From the NCBI GenBank assembly GCA_965649765.1, contig OZ287749.1, positions 73,284,001-73,348,000 on the forward strand: DNA of 64,000 bases, in the 5' to 3' direction. Under the pieces are notes generated by a model that saw nothing but the letters and a program-made list of their open reading frames with translations, did no database searches and was not told the DNA's origin. The DNA comes from Bispira polyomma (lineage: Eukaryota). The stretch's first letter is position 1. Every line of letters begins with the position of its first letter. Made by a program: the position numbers and the translations under genes. Positions 1 to 12,869 of this stretch are shown here, one piece after another.

Positions 1-80
1 CTCTTCAAATGACACAAGACGGAACCAAATACCACTGAACAAAAATTTCCATTATTAATGTAACAAAGCAAAAGACTTAC

Positions 81-159
81 TGCCTAAGAAGCTGTCTTCC
101 TTGCTTCCACGCCACATTACTGTTTTGCTGGTTCATCATTTCTTCATTGAGAGAATCTT
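81..159 (-). CDS. STRN: Striatin exon 4 (gene continues beyond left edge)
   Basis: EDSLNEEMMNQQNSNVAWKQGRQLLRQ (striatin WKQGRQLLRQ motif); donor gtaagt. Confidence 0.9.
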
Positions 160-407
160 CTAGACAGAATAATTTAATGCTATACATACCAATTTTAAAA
201 TGATGTCAACTTAGTTTATAGATTAGAATTACTGACATTGTTGGTACAAAACATGAATCATTTTCTGACCGTTGTTGCAATGCTACTGTGTCAGTAGAAT
301 GTTACACAAGTCACATTAATGTTAAACCCTAAACTCTGTTTTAAATAATTATAGTTTACAGTAAGTAACTACATCATGGGGATATACATTCAGAATTTTC
401 ACTGTAC

Positions 408-490
408 CTTTTTCATCCTTCTCAAAACTAGGCGGCTTTACCTCTCCCTGATTTAGCTCAGTTCCAAACTTCAACTTGTGATATTTTCCC
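408..490 (-). CDS. STRN: Striatin exon 3
   Basis: GKYHKLKFGTELNQGEVKPPSFEKDEK; AG/GT borders, phase 2->1. Confidence 0.9.
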
Positions 491-732
491 CTGAAGAGAA
501 AAACCCAGACATTTTTGTAATAGTTGCAAAGACTTTTATTTTTTATACTTGGGGATTTACTAGAGCTTTAACTTACGTCATGTAAAATTGTAAATTTTTG
601 ATCATCATACAATAGCCCGATAACGGAAAACTATTTATGTTAATGTTTCTCCACCACCAATTACTATGGGACAAACATATCAACACAGTAACATGATATT
701 TGTTTGCTTAATAAATGATGAGCACTTAATAC

Positions 733-836
733 CTTTCTTGTTTCAGTGCAAATTCTAACATTTTTATACGGCGCACCAAGTCTTGCTTCAAGTTTTCTTG
801 ACCTTTTCTCTCTCCCTGTAAGAAGGCTATCCTAGC
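733..836 (-). CDS. STRN: Striatin exon 2 (coiled coil)
   Basis: ARIAFLQGERKGQENLKQDLVRRIKMLEFALKQER; tttcag acceptor, gtatta donor; in phase with exon 1. Confidence 0.95.
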
Positions 837-1228
837 CTGAAATTGGAAAAAAATAGTAACAACAATAATAACATACTGGCCAATAAACTACAAATGGATC
901 ATATGTGACAGGGCTATCAACAATGACATGAACAAGCCAACATATTTCTCCTTCTCTTTTATTATTTATCTCAAACCAAAAGTTTTTCAACTGTTGATTA
1001 ACACAGTACACTGCAATCATCTGAATAAACACCTTTACAGACAATGCGTCTTTCTAAAACTAGTACTGCAGGCTTGGTGCAAACAATGAATACGGACTTC
1101 GGTATGTTTCGAACGTAAAAACTTCAGTTTGTGATTGAACTTTTATGTTATCAAAAAGTTATAAAACCCCTCCACTTGACTTAATATTAATGCATTTCAT
1201 CATAATTTATATGAAAACGATTTATGTA

Positions 1229-3459
1229 CAGTGGATTTGGTCAAACTCGAATGGACAAAACTCGAAAGTAGCCAAAATTCGAACGAATTTCCGATCCCCA
1301 ACAATTCATAGCTTAATCTTAAGGAAATCATCGAACATTCGAGTTACCCTTAAAGTCATTATTCGAAGCAAATTTCTGACTTTAAGGTTAAGTTTAGTAT
1401 GAGGAAAAAAGGGATTACTCGAATCAAATAACGGACCGATCAAATAAACAACTTACCAAATAAATCAGAGCATATAATCCGCCATTGAAGCTACACAAAT
1501 GAAAGGCCATCTATCCTTTTAAAAACCATATCAAAGCAATGTTAGGGGATTATGTAAGCCGCCATTGTCACTGAAGTTAAATAACTAAAATGCTAACTTT
1601 CCTTACAAAACGTGATCAAATGGGTACCGCCATTGTTACCAGTGCTTTGTTGTTGGTGGTTAGCGCAAAACCTCGAACATCAATTAAGGTTGATTGTAAT
1701 TTCTAATTTCACCCCAAAAAATTTGAATTTTTCAATTGGGATTAACTCTTGGTCTGATGAGTATAAATAGGGGTATCAACTTACAGTTATTATTCAGTCC
1801 TGAGATATTATTCAATATGGCAACTAAACGAAAAATGATTTGTAAACCTCTTCATGAGAAATATCAGGCTTTAGTAGAAGTAGAAAATGGTGGGAAAAAG
1901 TCAGATATTGCTAAGAAATATGATGTTCCACTGAATACCCTTAGAACCTGGATAAAAAACTCTGACAAAGTTAAGAACTCTTTTAAGTCTAGGAATCAAA
2001 ATTTGTCCAGAAAATGAATAAAACTGGAAAATATGAAGAGATAGACAGTGCATTACTTAAGTGGTTCAGTGCTAAATCAGAAGAGGGGGCTTCAATAAAT
2101 GAGCCCATCTTATTAAAAAAGGCAAACAAATTTACTCAGGATATGGGGTACAATGACTTTCGTTGTACAATGAGTTGGATAACAACTTTTAAAGAGAGAC
2201 ATGGGATAAGGTTTAGGGCTATTATTGGGGAAAAGTCTGCTGTGGATTTAGGTAAAGTTGAACAGTGGCATAAGACAATCTGGCAGAATATTCTTCAACA
2301 AGAGGAGAATGGCCTGGCGGCCATATCATGATAATGCCCCAACAAAGAGTCTGCAAATAGTGAACCAGTCGCTAGAAACTGGTCGAAATTGACAAAGACA
2401 CAGTCACTACAGAGTCTGTTTTCAGTGGGCGATAATACAACTAGAAAGATCAGAGAATGCGGTTTATATTTTACGTTTTTGTCCTCATTTTAATTTTTTA
2501 TAAATCCCAAAATAAGAGATTTGCTAGCAGAACTGATGTCCGGTAACAGGAAGCGTATGCTAACAGGACGTTTGACGATATATAACCAATCGTTTACAAG
2601 TCCACATTTTCATTTCGGCGATGACAGTAAAAAATTTAAAATGTAGTTTATCCTACATATTACCGAATGAAAAGCTGGTATAACTTAAAATATGTCAAAT
2701 AATGATCAAGTATATACGTTTTGTCATTTAGTTGTTGCAATTTTTTATTTTATGGGCCATTTTTGATACATGTGACAAAACTGGAAGTCTGCCATTTTAG
2801 ATAATATAACGGTATAGTGGCTGTGAAAGATGTCAGGGAAATGTCTGTCGAGGAATTTAATGACTTTGTCACCTTGGAAGACAATGTCACAACTTCAGAA
2901 GTCCCTAGTGATGAGATCATCACAGAAGTCAGGGGTATCCAGGATGAAGCCAGCGATGATAGTGATGAGGATACCCCTGAAGAGGCTCCAATTCCCACAA
3001 ATGTTGAAGCTGAGGAGCTTTGTCTCATCAAGACTCAAGTCATTTGTTGGACACTAAAACAAATCTGACCTCTAAGAAGCAGACCTCAATAGTAGATTTT
3101 TTCAAAAAGTAAATAATAGTAGTGCGAGTTGTTTCGTTTTAGTATGGATCTTTTGTCGTAAAATATTAGTTTAGCAACACAGATATAAAAAAGACATTAA
3201 TACAGAGTTTTACCATTTTTATTGTAAGTAAACATATATTTAGCATGTATAAATAAAATCATTAGTTGTTTATGTTCAATTATATGTGTTAAATCGTGCC
3301 AAATATTAGTGAAAATGATCAATATGGTATTACCGCCCACTATTACCGATACATTCCATCACTCAACGATTCACAAAAGAGTTTTTTACAACTCGAACCG
3401 GTCATTATTCGAACACTTTTCACTGCTTTAACAACATTCGACTTTGACCAAATCCACTG
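1229..3459 (+). mobile_element. Tigger/pogo-like DNA transposon, defective, in striatin intron 1
   Basis: TIRs CAGTGGATTTGGTCAAACTCGAA / TTCGACTTTGACCAAATCCACTG, each flanked by TA; internal transposase fragments. Confidence 0.92.
1817..3112 (+). pseudogene. Disrupted pogo/Tigger (CENP-B-like) transposase
   Basis: HTH-psq (KKSDIAKKYDVPLNTLRTWIKN), frameshift, CENP-B HTH (IDSALLKWF...SWITTFKERHGI), acidic tail 2817-3068, terminal KKQTSIVDFFKK*; DDE domain not found. Confidence 0.88.
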
Positions 3460-6272
3460 TAGTTTTAATTTTGCACAATAAACACTACAATATTGGATAT
3501 TTATAACTACTCTATTTGTCAGTGACCACAAAGAATGAATTCATTAAAATTATAGCTATCTATTGTTTTTCTTAGTACAAACAACTTAATTACCCTAACG
3601 ATGATTTCAATAATTTGTTTTTTAACATAATTTTGCTTGAAACCTCATTGAAAACGTTTTACTTTGCAGGTGATCTAATATTTTGACAAATTTCTAGAAT
3701 TTCTGAACATGCGAAATTTGACTGAATCGGCTCTGAACCGCATTTTCATAATCCTTTTGATCTTTGGTGAAGATCGTCGCAGCACTATCTAAAACAGGAG
3801 AGTACTTCATACCAAAGTTTGATAATTAAATGCAGAGAGTGACAGCTTAGGGTACATTTTAGGATAAACATATTGTAACAACAGTAGCATAAACTACCTT
3901 TACTTGTATACATGGTAAGTTACTTAGCCTAGTTATTCATATATTCATAAAAATCAGGTCTTCACTCAACATATGAAGTGTGGTTTCCAACAATCTTTTG
4001 GAAAGTCACAGAAGTATTTTCTTAACCACGTTTATATAGTCTTACAGATGGTAATCTAGTCATTGGCTATTATTTTGTTTAGAGTATTTTAACACACTAT
4101 CATAAGGAAAACAAAACAATCAGATTTTGTAACATTTTAAACAATCCACTATTTGAAAATATAACATTTACTATGGTTTTAATTTTTAAAACTATTAAAA
4201 CATTATCTATCTTAAAACTATTTAAACTATTTAAACTTTTAATATATTATCTTCTATCTACATATATATTACTTGGAATGAAGCAATTAAAGCAACTTCC
4301 CAAAAAAATAGCAATGGAAGTGGTCTTTATTAATTAAGTATAAAAAATTACACTTGAAATTGACGGAAGTAATTACCAGATATATTATCATCGTGGAGAG
4401 CACCCACAAGTATCAACTTTCATATGAGGATGTTTTACTGTCTCTGACCTTTTACTCGGCAAGAACCGCCAACATATATTTCCTTCTATCTACACATATA
4501 ACTTGAAAGGAACTTCACGGAACTCCCCAAATTTTGTCAGGCATTAAAACAAATACATCTACATATACTACATATTTGAGAACCTGATGTCCAACAAAAA
4601 TATACACATTTTATAGAATATCCTCTTAATAAATATCTTACGTATACATGTTGCTTTTGCATGACCCGATAGATAAGCTCGTTTCTTATATATTGGGAAC
4701 CACTTCTATAACCATTTCGTTAAAATAATGTACCCATACCGATAAATATGTGGTTTTTTTTATTATTATAACCACATATATACATGACATTTCACAAAAC
4801 TAAAAAACATATACATTTATTTATAGTAAAGCAGTGTATATGAGTGACAATAGAAGAATTTGATGCAAATTAGGAAATCTATTATTTTTAGGAGCATCCC
4901 CAAGCACCAACTTCCATATAAAGATATTTAACTGCCTCAGACCTTTGACTCGGCAAAAAAAATAATTGCCAACATATTGTTGGGTATTTTTGATTTGAGG
5001 GTCTTGTAAATTCAATAATTGCCGTTTTTCTTTGAAAACCAAATGTGTTTTAATATCTCTTACATTACGAAATAATATTTTAACATCTCTAGATTAAAAT
5101 ATTGAATGTGTTTTCTCACTAAGGTTGAATTTGTGTCATATTTTTGACTTGTATATATGTAAACCAAAAAGAACAATAAAAAAAATACAGCTTTAATTTT
5201 CGCCAAGAACGATCTTTTTCAATGTGAAATAAGCCCATAAAAAAATGGTTGAAACTTTTTAATCTACGAGACACAGGGCTATATTACCTTGTATCTACAC
5301 ATACAACTTTGAAGAAAGCATTATATTAATGTACGTCTAACATGTAACCTGTCGGTAAAAATACCTTTACAATTCTTGTATACTTGAAGATTTAATATAG
5401 ATTTTTTATGGGACCTGATGCCTAATTAATCTTATATCGCCTGGTGACCTATTTTCGTGGGTGACCTATTTTCGTGGGTGTCCTATTTTTGTGGATAAGT
5501 GTTTTTGATACTGACTAGCTAGTGAGCTGTGTCACAGTGGTGTGTGTGTGTGTAAAATGTCCTCATAAAACAGTACTGTTTGCATTTTAACAATTAAAAA
5601 TTGTTCTTGTATCAGTATATTATTGAAAATGAAATTAAGTTCATACATGTGACTGAAACCAGTTTATTTTTGGGCATGTTAAAAATCTTACTTTTATGCC
5701 CATGAAAATAGGTCACTCAAGTATAATATATTGTAATGGTAAATATATGCAATATATACATGTATATCTATTTAATAAAATTAAGCGGCTTTCGTCAGTT
5801 TCCGTGAACTGCTCATTAACATATATTGTTTAATGCAGCAATGACTGACCAGCATATAATGTACATCTACTAATAAAGTGACGTTTCCGTGAACTACGCT
5901 CGTCAGTTTCTATTTGCTGCGGTATTTAATAAAATAAAGCCACTTTTCTGCTTCATATATTATGTTAATGAGGACGGGGTAGACAATGTCTTCGTCAGTT
6001 TCCGTGAACTGCTCATTTAAATAATGTTTAAAGAATATATTTTGGGATAAAGTAAACAATACTGACAATCGGGAAATACCAACTTCCATATAAGGATATT
6101 TAACTGTCTCTGACCTTTGACTCTACAAGAACTGCCGACACATATTACTGTATATCAACACATGTAACATTTCTTTAAACTAAATATTGTAGCCATTTCT
6201 CAACACATTTTGATCGAAATTACTTCCTAAAATGAACTTTTATGAGGGATAACTAAGGGAAAAAAATCACTA

Positions 6273-6508
6273 CTGCCTGTGGTTATAATTCGGCCGCCAG
6301 TTGTAAATCGGCCGTCATATTTTAAATGGCAATTAGGAACAATCTAGGTACAAAATAGACCATAGGATTCAAATAAAACAATTACAATACTAATATTCAA
6401 GGAAGTACAGTATTGTTAGGCAAATAAATTTAATTAATTTGAAGTTATGACACATTTATTGTATGGTGGCCGATTTATGACAGGCGGTCGAATTATGACC
6501 ACAAGCAG
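6273..6508. mobile_element. MITE, TA-flanked (Tc1/mariner-like)
   Basis: TA|CTGCCTGTGGTTATAATTCGGCCGCC ... GGCGGTCGAATTATGACCACAAGCAG|TA inverted termini. Confidence 0.75.
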
Positions 6509-6881
6509 TAATCAATTTCAAATTAATTTATGTCTGTAAAACAAGCACAACATTTACGTCAGCATAATTTCTGTCAACAAAATAATATTAAAAAAGTATG
6601 TCGGTAAAATAATTCATTTTGTCAGCAAAATAATATTAAAATGTATGTCCTTTCAGTGTTTACATCTCCTTTCGCTGTTCTTTGGGTGATCGTCTCCTTT
6701 TGGCGAATAGACTTGCCGAGTGCGATACCGAAACTGGTCGTTCAAATTTGGAACACACCCAGAAAACGTTATGGAAGAGGTTTTTGCAAAAAATATACGT
6801 CATTTAAAAACAGAGATCCAAGAAACAACCCCTTGTGAATGTACTACCTTAAGGATATCATATTTAATGCACATTACATAC

Positions 6882-7085
6882 TTGTAATTCTGCCCTTTCC
6901 ACTTCCCACTGGGCTCTCTCCATCTCAAATCTCGCCCACTCTGTTTGCAGGAAGTGTAATATCCCTGGCATTGAATATTGTTGGCGCATCCCTTGCTCTT
7001 CCGACTGCCTCATTCCGCCTATATTCATAACTCCCGCACCAGGACCGTACTGTCCAGAATGTTGTGATGAGAGACCGTCTTCCAT
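6882..7085 (-). CDS. STRN: Striatin-family protein, coding exon 1
   Basis: MEDG...QQYSMPGILHFLQTEWARFEMERAQWEVERAELQ is the conserved striatin N-terminus; 204 nt, ends at donor CAA|GTATGT. Paralog (STRN/STRN3/STRN4) not assignable. Confidence 0.95.
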
Positions 7086-8127
7086 TCCGATATTTTCAGA
7101 ACATGGCTGCCATTAAACTTTACATCACCGAAAGGTGTCGCCCCGATCACTGACGTAAAATTGTTACCGTAAAATAATATAAAAGTCCAACCCGTAAAAG
7201 TGCACAAAGCCCCGACATTCTTTCGGGTGATCAATGTCTTCTATATTATGCATACGTTTACACAAAAGCTGTTTGAAATGGTTGTAATGTATGTAGGTAA
7301 TAGAGACCTTATTTGGGTTTACGCCCTTTAACGCTACTAAACCAGTTACATCACATTTCTTATTGCATGATCAGTAAAATCCATAGAGAATATTGGACTT
7401 GATGTATTTTTTTTCAGGGTAAAATTCTATTTAATTACCCATAATTGCACCAAGACACTTTGACTGATATATACCATGTTGATACTTTTATCAATTACCT
7501 GATAAAAAAAATTCTAATTATAAAACAAATAACATGTTGGTTGTCTCTAGACTCGAATTCTGTCAATATAACCAAAAAAGGATCATGCTTATTGAGAAAT
7601 ACTTTAGTAATTCTAAACTATCACCAACATAAATCATATGCCAAAGTGGCCAGAATCTATTACTTTCAATTTTATTTAAATTGATGGAGCTACATTGTGA
7701 GTATATCACCAAGTTTATCAGGACAAGCTTATCTTGGGTGGAAAAGTCAAACATCCATGCTCCAACATCCCAGATTTACATTCTGTAAACGTGTTCACAC
7801 CTAGTCAGTGTATAGTTCAAGCATTTTTCTCAAAATATTCTCCCTTAAACAATCATCACAGGTCAAAATTTCCGCTTAATAGAAAGTAGTTTGACAACTC
7901 AGAGAAATACCTGATGTTCAAGAAGGCTACATACTGAAAGACTTTTGACAATGCCAAATGGAAAAATAAAAACTTAGCTGGTAAAACCCTTAAAAAAGTA
8001 CAACAAAGTATTCGAAAATTCCTTGACAAACTTGTCTGTTGGATAGCAGTCGATGAATATTTCTATTTGCCAGTGCTATGTCCATTGACCAGCAGTCAAG
8101 AGTATAAAATTTTCCGGCATAGTCCAC

Positions 8128-9069
8128 TGTGGCGAATGCCATTTCCATAAAACCCTTAAGTTGCCAAATTTCGTTAGTTTCCCCAAGGAAAATTGGGAAT
8201 TTCAAAAAGTTAATACAGCCTGATTTTGGCTAGATTTTTCAGCTGTTTCAAATGCTGCATTAAAAGTACCCAGTACTGAGGTATTCTAAATAGATGTAAA
8301 CAAGCTGAGGTCATCAGGAGTTACTATATTTAGATGGGTTATATACAGGGAGATATAAGGTGGGATGTTTGTCGTGTGAGCTGGCTGAGCCAATAAGATT
8401 TTGTGGGTGTTTCTGGGAGGACAGCCTCGTGGCTTCCAGACTGGATCTCTCTCTCTTTCATATTGGGAACAAAGGGTTGTGGATGTTTTTTTGTGTGGAT
8501 TGGAATTTAATTATTTTAGCTTAATCAAGGTAGTGTTCATACTTATTATGTTTTAACAAGTAGTAACAACATATTTGGTAGGGATAGGGGGAATTTGGGA
8601 TGATTTTCATTATATTTAAATATCATTATACCCAATTTTTGACCTAGATATTGGGAGTTGGCTGTCAGTTTGATTTGGCCTATCATAGTGATAAGTTTCT
8701 CCCCTGTTTTATTTTCATTACTGTAATTTTATAATATCATTCACCTCATTCATTTAGTGATACTTGGAGTATACCTGAATACTTTGGTACCCCATCCCTT
8801 CTGGTGGGGGTAGGGGTAACCCCGTATTGGTTATCCGTAACGGCGATGAGGCCATGTATGGTGAAAGTACCTATTCAAATGTTGACATTTCAATCATCTG
8901 GGCCATCATTCATTTTGGTAGGTGGGTTGAACTTTAACCTGGACCTTGATCTTTAACCTTGTTTCACCCCTTCGTTTCCCAGTCTCGGTATTTGTTGACC
9001 GTACCCAGGATGTGGTGGGAAGTTCCAGGGGTTCTGTCTATATATAGACCATCCCAGGACTTCGCCACA
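8128..9069 (+). repeat. Putative 5' LTR (942 bp)
   Basis: Starts TGTGGCGAA, ends TTCGCCACA (perfect 9-bp inverted termini, TG..CA); followed directly by TGG PBS-like sequence; no second copy in window. Confidence 0.65.
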
Positions 9070-9083
9070 TGGTACAGAGAAGC
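9070..9083 (+). promoter_or_regulatory. Putative primer-binding site (degenerate tRNA-iMet-like)
   Basis: TGGTACAGAGAAG directly after LTR end; resembles TGGTAGCAGAGGA (complement of metazoan tRNAi-Met 3' end) with small deletions. Confidence 0.45.
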
Positions 9084-12000
9084 AAATATGGGAGGACGAA
9101 TATGATTGAGCACCCCATTAATTAGGTTAGGAAATGTTTAAGTTAAACGGTAGGTAGGATCGAGTTAGTGCAGGCAATATGGGAGTTACAGGGATTTCTG
9201 GTACAGTGGAATTTTTCGTTAGAACTTGTCTTATAGAAAAGAGTCATTTAATTAGGCTTAAAAGAAAGTAAACTTTATAATTGTAGTGGAATTTTTGGTA
9301 GAACTAGTGTTATAATATAGAGACAATTATTTAAACTTGAAACAACTAAACTCAATGATTGTGTTTAAATGGTAAAATAATAATTCTAAGTTGAAAGTAA
9401 TGTTTCCAGCAGTAATTAATTTTAATCACAGTGAAATTTGACCTGAGTAACAAATAATAATATTCTTTCTTTAACCTTCAAATAGTTGTTGATGTAAATG
9501 CTTAATATTATTGTTTTCTTTAACTTGCAAATAATTGTCGATACAAATTCCCAATATTATTGTTTTCTTTAACTTACAAATAATTGTCTGCAGATGCATA
9601 ATACTATTGTTTTCTTAAACTTTACAATTTTTGTTGCTTAGAAATAAGTATTCTATACCACCACTTGCTGCGTATATACCCCCCTTTTGGTTCAAATTAT
9701 GTGATGTAACATTACAATACATCACATAATTTAACTTTATTATTAAATTCTATACTTTTCTAAATTAAAAATATATCAAATCCTAACTTAATTATTTTTA
9801 ATAACATTATAAAATCCCATACTTTACTATATTTTAAATAAATCAAATCCTTAATAAATTATTTTGAGTTTACATTACATTATTAAATCCTATATTTTCC
9901 AAATTGTAAATAAAATCTTAATTTTGTCATATGTCATATCCTCAGTAAATGTTCTGTGTTTCCTTGGTTAATTTGTGTTTGTTGTGTCTATTTCTTTCTC
10001 TCAATGTCATGTGTGGGTATTAACTTCTATATATTGTTCTAATTCTAAAATATAAAACCTAACTGTTTATAATCTCCTTTCTTTTAATATTAATACTAAG
10101 TCAACTAATATTTGGTGTTTGCTATTATATACATATATGTGTGGCTTTCCGTTTTAATATTGTACCCCACATCTATTTTGTCCGTTTTAATATTTACATT
10201 TGTTGTTAATATATACTTGTTTGAAATGTCATTTATTGTGTTTCCATTATTGTGTTTTCCAATCTATTAAAATAACTTTGATCAACTCCTGACCTGGGTT
10301 TGCCAGTAAAATCAGTAGGGTTAAGATTAGAGGGTGACCTCGACCAAGACCTTAAAGGCAATTGACCTTGACCTTGGTTTACAAACCTGCACTCTTTTTG
10401 AGTTGGTTGACAGCGTGTCTGTCCGTAAAACATATCTTCTTCGAAAACAGTGACTGTACTCCTCCAAGAATTAGTTGTAAGGTAAAATTGCATAGGTGTC
10501 CTAACAAAGAAATCCTTGAACCTAGGCTGCAATATCTCACTTGCTCACGACTCTGACTGTACAGTGTGCTCGGTTTACACTACTAGATTGTAAAAACTTA
10601 AGGTTGGACTATCCGTAAAGAATATTCCAGTAACAGCTTTTGGTCGGTAGCTGGGTTGGACCACGGGAAATGGGGCAGGGTGAATTGGTTGGTCAGTGGG
10701 TAACCGGCCAGTGTTGTCCCAGCTAGTGGGTGGTAGGGGAACCCAAAGAGGTCGGTCCTCAGTCAGCAGCACCCGTTCCCGGTCTCTTCTCCTCCGGTGG
10801 TGCGCCACCCTCCCGGAGAGCCGCGCTGGGCGGTGGTAGGACGGGGTTCCGGCCAGGCATCCGGTAGAGTGTGTCGGGTCGGCGCCAGCGGTCCCTTTCA
10901 AGCCGTGGCGGGGTTGTTCTCCCTCGAGGGCTCGGGGCAACAAGGGGGGGGGTTCGATCCCTCCCCCCGGACGGAGAAGAGTGAACGGCGGACGGGGTAG
11001 CCCCCCGTCCCGCTACACCACTGAGCAAACAAATAAATGAAACAAAATATATGTCAATACACTCATATATGAGATTAAAAAAGACCAAGAGGAAGAAAAC
11101 AATATGGTGTAGTTATGAGGGATTTTAAGGTGCATATACTAGACCTTTTGGCATCTACGGCGAGGAGCAATGATGGAACAAACGGATAGTAGGAACTTAG
11201 GAATTATTCAAAATTTATTAGAAATTACCAATGCAGGTAATATTTTAATCTGATTCTGGGAATGTTGGGTAAATATTGATATGTATGCAGAAGGCCAATA
11301 AATCAGTCATAGATTATGTATTGATGGATAAGTATGTTTTTATATACAGGATTATTGGACAGTCAAATTCATGAAGGTTTAAAATGGAAGCAGGCTTTTA
11401 TGCGGATAGGATAACCATGCTTAAAGAATTGTATAAATGTCATAGACATAAATAATACAATATGCTGGGCAGACTCAAATTATTCCAATGTGGGAGTCAA
11501 ACAAAGATGTGATTTTTCTCGTCTACTTTTTTTCCTTACATATTAATCATATACTGATTTAGGTGAAGTAATTAAGGTGTACTGGGTGCACTGGGTCGAC
11601 TTTAGGTAATAAGGTTTTAAGGGCTGCTATTTGCTGGTGATCTAGTTGTAATGACTGAAACTAAGAATTAAAAAATGCAATTGCAACATCTTGCGGGGGT
11701 ATATATGTCACTCAGAAAGGGCTTAAAATTAATTTTGATAAGGGTATAATAATGGAAGCAAAAAATACAGGGGAAACAGGACCAATAAAATGCCATTAGA
11801 ATGGCCCTCAAAAATATGTATAAAAAAAACATTATCTTGAAAGCACGACATAAAGCAGAAATAAGGTAAGAAGACATGAAATTTAAAGGAATCATACCTT
11901 GAAACTACCTAGAACCATAAAGCATAAAATGTGGATGGAACAGTGGATGGAGAAAAATTTTGAGGTTGAAACTGACAGATACGGGAAAGTATATAATTTA

Positions 12001-12869
12001 TGATAATCTGTAGGCAGCATGTTATGTGATCACAACAGCTATATAAATACACATTTATGATGTAAAAAAGGAACATAGTGTGGTGATTCTCGAGTTACAT
12101 AAAACTAAAATTTTATACCTTGCTTTAGAGTGATTTATTGCTAAAATAGTAATATTTTTGTAGTTATAGGGTTCATTAAATTTAAAAGTAATTTAATAGT
12201 AAAACATGTTATGGTTATTTTGAGAGTAGAGTAATTGGTAAATATAACTTTGACATAGACTTTTGTAATTTAGAACAATGTTTTCATAAAAGTATCAGTT
12301 GAATACCATATATATTCTAGTTGAGTTACAAACTAACATTAGTAAGATTGCATTTGTTCCATATTTAGGATAGGTAAATAAAAATCAGAAATAATTAATT
12401 TTTAATAAAATTATAGTTTTTGGTGATTTTTGTTGTTTTGATCAGCATATTGAATAATTATAAATTTAATAATTAATTAGGCTTATTTATTGATTTGTTT
12501 TGCTGAACACTCGTATTTGTTACGAGTATACAGTCTGTGTGTTTAAGAATATACAGATTGATTGACAAATCAATTGATACCAGTAAACATTTCAATTATT
12601 GCGTTCCAATTTGGAAATATATTTGAATTTGAACATCAACCGAAAATCAGTTTTCATAAACTGTTTCAAAATTACAAAACTAGGAGTGTCAGTCTTACCA
12701 ATTGACTTCTTGGTTGGGGAAAATCAAAATTCAAAATTATTGATTTGTTATTATAAAAATTAACTTGGATAAACCTTAGTTAAATAACTATTTTTTGTAA
12801 CTTGATACAGTTTGTTATGTTAACTTTGATTTACCATAGTTAAGTAACCATATACAGCTGAAGTTCAAG

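Noticed and set aside
11140-12130. Additional ORF in the retroelement leader
   Set aside because: Coding-like composition but too many stops and no recognisable motif to support a call.
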